A DNA stretch of 48,141 nt, filler included, from Sphacelaria rigidula (Eukaryota): NCBI GenBank assembly GCA_964200075.2. It is 2 parts of 2 records of this genome, joined end to end, with 100 filler letters (N's around TTAATTAATTAA, not from the genome) between each part and the next. Parts side by side here need not be neighbours in the genome. Positions count along the whole stretch, not along the records: positions 1 to 24,022 come from CAXNAA020000231.1; positions 24,123 to 48,141 come from CAXNAA020000232.1. One strand, written 5' to 3'. The stretch's first letter is position 1, and every line of letters starts with the position of its first letter. A program made the translations under genes and the position numbers. Below are positions 22,486 through 33,600 of this stretch, one piece after another. The notes under the pieces are model-generated. The model worked only from the letters and a program-made list of their open reading frames with translations. It had not been told where the DNA came from and did no database searches.

Positions 22486-23760
22486 TATGAAAAGGCGATT
22501 CTCTGGCGGATACTTGTGGGAAAATTTTCCTTTACATGTGGTGGTACCCGCAGAAATCCTTATATCCCGCAAAAACCGGTATCCTGGTGTCCCATGTGTG
22601 GTATTGTCCGTTTTTTTCGAACCCTGAAACTTTGTTTTTTTTGTATCCAAAAAGAAGATACGACTCTTGATCATCGAAATTCGTCGTGCTTGTATCCTCT
22701 GTGGCTGCACCCCGAATGGCCACAGCAATGTTGGGGCAGCTGCTCGCAGGAAACGAGTCATGATGTTCAGCGAGGCTGAAGGTGAGCAAACAATACAAAA
22801 TACTTTTTAATTTGGTAATAATCGCCATCATTATCATTGTCTTTATTGCTATCTTATCATTACCGTCACCATCATCATTGTCATGGTCATTACCATGATC
22901 ATACTGTAACGGTTTTGATACGAGCTGGGCCGGCTGACAGTGATTTTTGAATGAATCCTGGCGATGCGATCGGTAAATCGGAAAGTTAGGTGCTGAAATT
23001 TTGACACGACATTTTTGTCATCAACCCGCGCAAAATTGTTGGAGGTGTCAAGAAAGAAAAAAAAAGTTAGAGCGACTCGAAGTTTTGGCAAAAACAGAAA
23101 GAATGCTCTAAAACCGTGAAAAAACGATAAATTCGGCTGCACCCCAAACAATGTTGTGGGCACTCGCGTTCAGGAGATCCTCGCAAAGTTTCGGCCAAAA
23201 ATGCCGCTAATTGGGCGCCGCATCGCACTTTTCGTGTGACACGGCCGCACCTCTTTAATCCAAGTGATAGAGGAGACTCCAGTTATGGAGGTCATGAGTT
23301 CGAATCCCGACAAATTCCCTTTTTTTCGTTCCTTTATCAAGGTCATGTTATCATGTAGTACATTTTTTTTTTCACTTTTTTCCTTCATTCAGCGGCGGTG
23401 TCGTGTGTCACCAGGTTGATCTGCAGTTCACAGCTATATTTTGGGCGTTCCGCCAAGCTGCTCTGGCCCAAAATCAAGACAGCACAAACACCCGTACGCG
23501 CCGCCTGCAGCACTTGAACCCCCCCCCCCCCACCACCACCCCCCCACGAAATGTGTTATGCCCCTCAGCTGTCCAGTAAGGAACAGTTGTTTGTGAGTGT
23601 GCGTGCGTGCGTGTGAGTTTTGACCACCTGCATGGACTACAACACTACAACATTTGCTGTTAGCGCGGTCGTGGGTGCCGTAACGTACTAAATAAAGCGA
23701 TTGATCGATTGTCGGACATTCATTTGTTCCTTTCTTCTATATTTCTTCGTCGCTGCTGCT

Positions 23761-23767
23761 GTTGTTT

Positions 23768-23798
<31 letters not shown>
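23761..23798. repeat. (GTT)n microsatellite
   Basis: Directly visible. Confidence 0.9.
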
Positions 23799-23800
<2 letters not shown>

Positions 23801-24022
23801 TCAGTATTATTTTCATAGGGACCGACTATTCGTGTGTTTTTTTTTCCTCTCTCTTTTTCTTCTTCCTCTCCCTTTCTGTTCTGTTTCGTCTCTCGTGTTC
23901 GCTCACTCCATTGACTCCGTTTATTATTCTGTACTTTCTCTCTCTCCCTTCCCCCCCCCCCCCCCCCCTTTTTTGTTTCACCCCCCAGAGGCAGGGCATT
24001 AAAAGGTGGTTTTTTACCCACA

Positions 24023-24122
24023 NNNNNNNNNNNNNNNNNNNNNNNNNNNNNNNNNNNNNNNNNNNNTTAATTAATTAANNNNNNNNNNNNNNNNNNNNNN
24101 NNNNNNNNNNNNNNNNNNNNNN
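24023..24122. other. Assembly gap / artificial contig linker
   Basis: 44 N + TTAATTAATTAA (stops in all six frames) + 44 N = exactly 100 nt. Confidence 0.97.
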
Positions 24123-24801
24123 CCCACCCGGGTTGGTTGGGTGTGGGCATCCCCCCGCCCTCCCTTCCGGCTTACAACACTATGAAGTCCCCCCCCCCCC
24201 CCCCTTCTGACTTTTGATACATCGCTTTGGTGAACCCCCCAAGGTAGACAAGTTACCCGAATGAGTATGGCATTTCCCCACTACTGCACATACACCCTGT
24301 GTTGACCACTTGCGAAGCATGTCTATTCCATGATCTTCTTCGGCTCGTTTCAGCGATTGCATGGTTTCGGTACTTTCAAACCACATTGCCCAGGGCGTAA
24401 ATACCGTCTCGTTCGTCACAACCGTTTCAACGGTGGAGCTGCGTAAGTTGGATCAGGTTACCAATTGACGACTATAGAGCCAGTTCTTGTGACTCATCCA
24501 GGCTTCTCTTGCATCACCACAATCGACCAACCAATCCCAATACAAGCGTCACTTGGAGGTGCCAAAGCTACCCCCCTTTCCCTCCTTCCAACACGCTGTC
24601 CCCACGGCCGTTTCATATGTATAAAATCCTTTTCGAGAAATCTGCCGAGCCTTCGAAGAGACTGGCCACGCCACAAAGACTCCAGTCTAAAAACGTTTTG
24701 CGTTTAAAGTGTTTCAAATCCTGCTCGGGTCCGCTAGATCCGCCGTTCGCTTATCCCCTCCCTGGGACCACCTCCCCCCCCCCCTGGTACGATTGCCTCA
24801 C

Positions 24802-24963
24802 CTGTTCCGCATGTTGCTCTTGAAGTCTTTTGAGGGTATCTTCTGCCTCTTGCTTAGCGGCTGCTGCTGCCGCGGCGGCCGCGGCTGCTGCATCCCGCGC
24901 CTTAGCCTCTTCTTTGGCACGTATCGCTGCAGCACGGGCGCGACTTTCTTCTTGCAGACGGAT
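24802..24963 (-). CDS. Gene B exon (IRLQEESR...LQEQHAEQ)
   Basis: gcatag|ATC ... CAG|GTGAGG. Confidence 0.85.
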
Positions 24964-27900
24964 CTATGCAACGCAGCGGTCCACACAGCGTACACCGAAC
25001 AAGAAACTAGGCTCGACACATATATGAGTGTATGGCAATCGAAACGGGTGGCGCCTAAGTATACGTGAGCCGACCGTCCGTGTAGCATGTATACGCTACC
25101 GAACACGCCCTAGTTGCGGACCAGGAGGAAATGACTCGCAGGGTTCGAAAATTCTCGTCAGACAACCCGCGGTTGTACTTCTTCAATGCGTCACGTATCA
25201 CAGCTAGAATATCCTCCCCAGACATACGTATTCGCTGTTGAGTAGGTGTACTTCAACAAATATCACCACCTGAAAGTGCGTCTAGAGTTTTCATGTATGA
25301 CCAAACTAGCACTGTCATTTCATCCGTGAGGGATCTCTTTGTTGCTGCTGCAATAGGCTAACATACGATAGCACATGCGATTGCAAACAAACGCATGGAA
25401 AGACTGGCGGGGTAGTCGCTACAACGCAAGGTGGTCTGACGAGAGTTTACTCTCCTGCCACCGCAGTACCTAGCCCCGAAAGTGTGGTCGTTGTGTGGGC
25501 AGACAGGGGTAACAAAGGGAAAAAAAAAACACAGCGAGAAAGCCATAGTCTAGCGGAGGACATAAATACGCGCAAAAGAGCGAGGGGAAGATAGAGTGAA
25601 AGAGATGGATAGACAGAAAGACGGGCAGACATACGAGAAGACGAACGCAGAACCAGGCCAAGGCCCGGGCTCACACCGAGACCCAGACCTGGACCCAAAC
25701 GCAGACACAGGATTATACAGGTAGGCAGATAGAGATAAATACAGCAGATATGGGACCTTTTCGTTGTGAAGGTGATTTTCCAGGGCGGCCATCTGCGCGG
25801 CCTCCTCCTCCGCCAACTTCTTTCTCGCCGCCTGTGTATGTCGCAAACCATAGTGGGGGTTGGGATTAGGGGTCAGTGATGGGGTTCGTGTTGATCGAGA
25901 CAAATTTATTCTGAACAAAGCTGAGCTGTGGCTGGGGGGAAGAACCGGAAACCCGTGGAGAATTCGACAACGGGTCTCCGTCAAGGCATCTTGTCGCAAT
26001 ATATAAAGAAGGCCCATTGCTTTCATGCTTAGCCCACCACCCTCACGGTGAGCTGGACGTGCCCGCGCTTGGCAGTTGTTTTGCTTTCTCGATGATCAGC
26101 TGTGCGGAAAACAGACTACTGATAGTCGCGTGAACACCTGATGAAATGAATGGGCGACCAATTTTGCAAGCGATAATGTCCGGTCGGGTTGCGTAGCGCA
26201 CATCAATAATGATAAAACCTGCAACCCCTTTAGCAAACTATAAGGTTCGCGATGTGTCGCACGGTAAGAGGAGGCTGACACTGGAATAGCTACAGCAGGA
26301 ATCACGATCACCACTGAAACCTCGTCCCGAACGGTTTGTTGTACCAGCTTGGAATGCAGCCACGCTAGAGGTGATGATAAAATATACGCCCAAAGAACTC
26401 TCGGTATGCTATCATGGCTCAATCGTAAGCACGACTGAAAATATTTGAGTGCTGCACATGTTCTGGACGATCCTACCTGAATGACCACTACGTCCCGTCA
26501 GAATCGACGCCACCGACAAAGCTCATCTCAACTTGTCTTCTCTTTGGCTTCATTTACCGCGACTCGTTACATGAAATGTACACACATGAGCACGATCCGG
26601 CACGGTACACCGTTTCGCGCTGTAAGCTTCGGTTCGCCGTGACATGCATCAGATCTCATCAGAGTTGCATGCTACCGAAGAGAGCAAACATAACATAGGT
26701 TTCCCTAAACCTTCTGTACAACACCGCTGACTTGGTATACACCACATTTCGTGGCGTTCCATTGAGACGACTTAACATAACGAGCTCTGCGATGTACGGT
26801 TTCTCTGGGCGGATTTTCATACCTTCACTTGCTCGGCGGTGGCGTTGTCCTTCTGCAGCTGCTCCTCGCGCTCCTGACGCTTTTTGGCCAGTTTTGCCGT
26901 CAGTCGTTGGCCCTGGACGGCCTGTCGGAATTCGGAATCGACGAACTTAAGGCAAACGACCTTCCAAGACCAGAACAGTATATCTGATATTTCGGAATAG
27001 TGGAGAGCTCAAGATTCTTCTCTCTTCTCTCGGATCGCGAATTCGCAACACATGATGAAAGGATCATCCCAAAATATTTCGTTAAAAAAAAGTGACCCTC
27101 ACGCCGCGAAGTGAAATGTATACATGTGGTTTACAATGCTTTCATTTCGACGCAATGAGTTAAACGTGATGGGGACTGGCATACGGACAATCTGCGAACC
27201 AACCCGCAGGCAAGGCGAACACGACTTCAAGCGTCGGCCCATGTGCATTCGATTTCCGCCCAATCAAATCACACCTTCGCCTTGTCCAGGTGCCCCTCAA
27301 GCTCCTTCGTACTCTTCTCATGCGCCTCTCGTGCGAGCCTGGCCCGGGTTTCGGCGTCATCTATGGATCTTTGCGCGGACGCGCGAGCTGCAGCCTCAGC
27401 CCTGGTAGACGACGGCACAAAACGAAACGCAGCCAGTCGTCAACACATCAGAGGAGACGGAGTGAGGGGCGAGAGACAACAAGAGACAGACAAAGATATA
27501 GACAGGGACACGGACCGGGACAGAGACATCGAAAGAGAGAGCGAGGGAAGGGGGGGGGGGGGAGGTAGGGCAGGCAGACAGGACAATATAGACGCCCATA
27601 GACAGATGAACAAGAAAAGAGAAGAAAAAATTACACGGCATGAAAACGATTAGACTAGAGAATCCCAAATATGATATCTTGCTGGGTTTTCACGTTTTCT
27701 GTTACATGCATGCAATTCGTACACTTTCAGGCTACGAAACAGTCGAGGCTGTTGAAGGGGGGAAGGGGGGATTGCAAAGGTGGATTTATTGAGTGATTGA
27801 TTGTCGCACTTTTACGGACCCCCCAGGGATGCAGCCGTCGTCTAATGATGGACGCACCCGAGACAAAACGGAACTGAAACACTCGCTCAAGAAAAAATGA

Positions 27901-30597
27901 AAAAACAGAACAGGTATAACAGAACAAAAATAGTATGCTAAGGCCTGAAAAAAAAAAATAACTAATGAAAAAGGAAAGAAAATAAAAGCAAAGAACGAAA
28001 TGACCGGTCTCTGCCACATGGCTTCGGCGAAAACGGTTTTACGCAGAGCTACACTCTTACCCAGTCGTGGAAAACAAAACAAAAGGGCCAAGAACACACA
28101 CACATATACAGAGAGAGAGAGAGGTGGGGAAAAGGGAGAACAGAGAAGATGGCGGGAGAGTACACGATGAGAGTCAAGGGCTTCTGTCGAATAACGAGCA
28201 GCGAGAAAAAACAAATCGGCGGCTCATGACGTTGAAAACTCAAACATTTTCGGACGCTGCACCGCTGTCACGCAGCAGAATATGTTTAATTACATCTCGG
28301 AAAATCCAACCCGAATACTCGCTCTGTACCTGGCCTGCTTTTGAGCTGTCTCTTCCAAAGTTTTGCACAGTTCTCTGGCATGCTGCTCCTCTAATTCCCT
28401 CAGCGCCGCCTTGCGTTCGTTCTCAACATCTTTCTCCACCTACCGCCCAATGTATACAAAAAAAGCACAACTCATGAAACCAGAACCACATGGTATCTTC
28501 TCACACATCATCGCAGCTATGAAGGTGTCATCGACACAAAACAAAGCAGGTGCGGTGGCCGAACCGAGTTATCAGCATATAATCTAGTCGCTATCTTTGC
28601 TGTTTAGTTTGACACGACAATGCAGCAGAGTAGTCCAGTACTTACTGCTGCTGTCACTTTCGAGATGGATTTGCGGCTTTCACCACAAGGCGCCTGCGGG
28701 CAGGGACCAGGTCGGTCTAGTGTATCGTAGTTGGTGGAGTACAGACATCCCTGGCCGTAACAAAAGTTCGAAATCCACTTTTATGGGAAGTCCAGCCGGC
28801 ACGCCGCTGAATTGACGCCGTTGGAGACATTCTTCGATGAACAGGGTCGTTTGGGAGTGTAAGGTTCTCTTTCTTGAGAGGCCGAGGTACAAACCCCACG
28901 CTGCAACCAACATGTCCCACGTGAGTGGCAAAATGCCAACAGTATGTAGGACTCAGACCTTCGTTCGATCCCACAGAAAAATATTCGCTGGTGCTCGTTG
29001 CCACAGAGCGCGGAGAGCCGCGGCGTTTGCCCCCGCGTTGGCTGCTACGGCACTCGGTTCGACTCACCGAGTGCGACACATACCGTAGGTGAAACATGCG
29101 AGTTCTTTTGCCCCACTTGTTCGTGTTTATAGCCATAGGCTGGGCTAGGCGCACTTCGCAGTAATCTCTGTGAGTCTCTGGTTTGTGGCCAACGACGTCG
29201 CGCTGAAATTTACGAGACACAAGCACATCATTACTCGAACGCGTTGAGTGGATTCAATCACGCCCGAAAATACGGCGCATAAATGTGTGTGATATCCTCA
29301 CAGTGCAGCCCCTCAGTGTGACGTCCTCTCCACGGTCGAGCGATCCTTGTGAGCTGCCTAATGCCCAAGCTAGTTCTTAAAAAAGACCCACCGGTATAAC
29401 CGTGGGTTTTCCCAACAGGTTATTCTACTAACTTGATGTTGCGAATAAACTCCTTCCAACCTTAAAATGGTTGCTGGCCTTGTAGTTTAGCGCGGCCCTT
29501 GACCGTACCTGTCTCTTGCTTGCCTCCGTTCCTGCGGCGGCCAATTTTTCGTCACGCTTTCTTGCAAGTTTTTCCAGGAGAACCCGCTGCCGGACCTTCC
29601 GCTGAAGCTCCATGGTTTCCTCGAGATCCCGCTGCATGATCGTTCAACACGAAGAAAATGGTTGACTATCGTACGGGCAGAGTGGTCAACGCATTACGCG
29701 CCAAAAAATTACAGCCGTTCAATGCAGCCGCGAGCAAGTCGGGAGCGCTTATGGTGTGCTGGAAGGAGGAGTATAGGAAAATCAAGCCCAGCGAAAACGT
29801 TCGTCACAGATGTTCGAAATGTACATGTGCGCGTGTGCGAGCGATCAAGGAAGAAACAGTTTCGTTGCATCTAGTGCGCCGCGCGGAGTATCGCAAAACA
29901 AAGTACAGTAGGTGAAGAGTCGTATTCTGAAGGCGCGATTGCGGTCGTGAGAAGAGCATTATTATGCAAAGAATACCTTGGACTATTTTCGCACGACGGA
30001 CCCCGAAATCCTAGTGAGAATATACCGTTGTTGATCTTTACGAATACCCCCCTGCACCTAATAGTGATTAGCACACGAGTTTTTGGACCCCTCGAGTTTC
30101 TCGGAATCTGCGGCAGCTACACCGCTTAAGGCCACGCAGGCACGGGACGTTGTGTCCGTGGAAGTGTACCATGATCTTCGACAGAAAATTTTTCCCCCCC
30201 CCGAAAAATCGCAACGTCTCCTGTATCCAGAGAAGAAAATTGTGGGTACCAAACTTTTCAGTCAAGGCAGGGGATATACCATACCCGATGTCCTACGGTT
30301 CTCCAAAAGCTTGTCAAAACACATAGCGTCATTCATTACATGAAGATTGCCTGAAATTCCACGGTGAAAATGTAGCAGTTTCTTGGTTTACCCCGCCAAA
30401 AACGCTTGTCTGAAAACCTTATACCGCTGAAGCCAAATGCCGCCGAGCATGTCGAAGCTGGAAAACAAAACTTTGAAATAAAGTAATGGTACACGGAATA
30501 CACCTCACCTGGTGGGCTTCATGTCGCCGACGCAGGCGTCCCACCTCGGCCTCCCCGGCTTGCCTCGAGGCGTGTGCTGTCAGTTGATCTGCACGGG

Positions 30598-30639
<42 letters not shown>

Positions 30640-33600
30640 CGTGACCCCGCCAGGCCGAGCACGACAACACAGAGCAAGTGTAAGGAACGGGAAGGACGTC
30701 GCGGGTGAAGTTAAAGTATGGAAACATGACTACATCTCTCGAGTCTTACCCCTCGGGAGATACCGAAGCTTCAACGACTGAGCAGATCCTTGGAAGGCCC
30801 CGGTTACTGACCCCTAATCGTGCTGGCTTGCCGACTATGTGACAAAGCAAAAACGTACCAGCACCGGGAGAAAGCCGCGGGTCAAGTAGAAGTATGGAAA
30901 ATATGACGGCACCTCTCGAGTCTAACTCCTCGGGGGAGCCGAAGCTCCAACGACCGAGCAGATCCTTCAGGCCGCGGGTGCTGACACCTAATAGTGCTTG
31001 CTTGCCGACTATGTGACAAGCAAAAGCGTGCCTACCGTCGCAGGCGACTGAATACTTTTGTGTTAGCCAGCCCACGCAATTACGCCCACAGTCAACAATA
31101 GGTGAGAGCTTGACATGCCCTGGATAACATGTAAAGAGCTTGGCTCCTGAAGGCTCAACTCCGATTTTTAATCTACGATGGCGAAGAGCTACATATTTTT
31201 TTCTGTGACCTATTTTTGCTGGATAACTCGTGGTCATGACTTTTCAAAGCACTACTGTTTGTTAGGCAGACCACCTTTCTCCAGGTAACTTACACTCTGC
31301 TGCCGGCGAAGTGGTGTCATTCGTCAGCAATTTCTGTTGTTCACTCGGCTACTTTCGTATCCTTACATGTTGAATCGGCGCAGGTGTGGCGTTGACACAT
31401 CGACCCACTTTGTTCAAGGTTCAAGCAAAGTATACGGTGAAGCACGCGGGGTTCAGGCTCTCACCAGGTCACCGCCCGTGGTCAGCGCAACTCGTCGAAA
31501 CATGCGTGTCGTGTACACAAACAAGTATGATCCGTTTAGCCGCTTTTTATGATGCATGCGCGCAATGATGGTTCGTCAGCTGAACGTGTGTGTGCTGGAA
31601 AACGCCTTCGTTTCCACATTTTCTGAAGGATCTGCCGACCTCACGCCACACGACTTGCTCTATTCATGCTCGCTACAGTCGGGGGGTCCTTTCAGAAGGC
31701 TGCCTCGATGAAACCCGGTGGCATTTTCCAGGATGATAACACTCGCGAACACGACTACACAAGATAACATGTACATCGTGGCGCTCGCGCGATAAAGCTG
31801 GTGATCGCTTCGAAGAGGGCAAAATCGTTGTGCGCTCGGCGGCCGTGAGAGAGTCTCTGAGTATATACAGGGTTAAATCTCCCTTGTTGGGTATGTATTC
31901 CGATAAAACGCATGTGTCCACACTTCATGCTCTTGCCTCACTAACTCTTATCGAAACCAAATAAATAATCATTCCGGCACATATTTTAGTGCTGTCCGCT
32001 GATATCTTTGTTTCGTTTCTCTGGGTACTTCCGCCACACTCTTGACAGTAAGCGAATGCACAATCCTTACCGCTGATTCACGGTCGGCAATCAGCTTGCG
32101 TTCTGCCTGCATACGATCTTCCGCGTCCTGTTCGAGATTTTCCTGCGGGGAACAGCACGTCGAAGGGGAACAAGTCAGCGAGATGAAGTGCGGTAGAAGG
32201 GAGACGGGGACATCATAAGCGTGCTGGCCAGATTGATGGTGATTGACTTCTTTGGGTCATCTCGTTCGCAATGTTCGAGACGATATTTAGTACTCATTTT
32301 GCTTGGCCGGCGAGGACTAAACTCTTCAAACCCGACATTTCCTGTACTTCCGGGCATTTTTTCACTCGTAGTTGTTGTTTTTTTCGGAGATAAGAAGGTT
32401 TGCCAAGAGAGGCGCCATTCAATTTACAGCAGTGACTACAGCTCGATTCAGTCAATCTCTCAATGCATGAGGAGTAGAATACTCGAAGCAGGATGTACAC
32501 ATGAAAAGAAATGTACTGTAACAATCCTCGCCGCACGCCGTGTCACTTGTAACATAATTGCACCGTCTCCTTCCTGCACGCCGTATTGTTGTTGGACATA
32601 TTTTCACAGCAGCGACTCCTTCTTGAGTTTCGTATATACTGCAAATGTTGAGCTCATTCTTTGGGTGCCATGTCTTGGGTTTACGATCGATAAAGTGTGT
32701 GCAATTCATCATGACTTGTTTCCCTTAGCTTATTATTGGCTTGTGATTATGTTGCATACTGCGCTTACCGCAAGCTTTCGCTGCTCTCGAGCCCCTTCTT
32801 CGTCCAGTCGCGCAATCTCACGTTCCACCTCTTCCTTGTTTGCTTTGCTCTTCTTCAACTGCGCTTCCCTCTGCATCTTCCGTTCCTGTCGCGGTTCGTT
32901 GCGTTGCATGGGTTGATGATGTCAAAGTGCTAGCGTTGTAACCATCGACGGGGTTTCTGTTAAACCTGCCCGTGTTAAGGAACGGTACCGAAGGTTTGCT
33001 AAAGGGAACTTTTATTCCAGCGAAACGCTCCTTATCGTTCCGCATTCTTCTCTGATGGAACACATCAACTGTGGACAGACGGTCCAACCAATACTGATCG
33101 ATGATTTACCACACGAAACGTCCCTTGAGCATACAGCTCTTCTCACGAAGGAGGAAGCATGAAAAATCGCTCCACAAAACTTACTCAAACGCTTCGGGCG
33201 TCCACAAGAAACGTTCAAGAGATCCACACTTGCACATCTCAACACTTCGGGTCGAAATACAATCAGCATGCCACCTTCAGCGATGCTGCTAGCACGTCTT
33301 TGCGCCTTCGTTTCGTGTCTTCCAAGCTCCTTGATAGCTCCTGGAGTGCCTTCTCGTGTTCCTGACGCAGCTTACGCCCCGCATCGTGCCTCTCCTCCGC
33401 CATCATTTCTTCCGCCAGAGCACTCTGACGGGCTGCGAAAAGTTGCGCTTCAGCGTCCGCCGCAGCAATCTATTTACAATTGGAGAAGAGCGAGATCAAA
33501 CCGGATATCAGATGGTATGATGCCCAGCCAGAGCCATGTACACTTCCAGAGGTAGGCATATATAAACTTAAAAGCACATGAGACGCGTGCCGCCCGCGAG

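Noticed and set aside
24067-24078. TTAATTAATTAA as a biological palindrome or piggyBac site
   Set aside because: Centred in an N spacer of exactly 100 nt; a synthetic linker.
24180-24419. ORF with TETMQSLKRAEEDHG as the next exon of gene B
   Set aside because: The only nearby acceptor gives phase 2 for this frame while the preceding donor is phase 0; it does not continue the repeat consensus.
30688-31032. CRISPR-like repeat-spacer array
   Set aside because: Only two long diverged units, no unique spacers, no cas genes, eukaryotic intron context.
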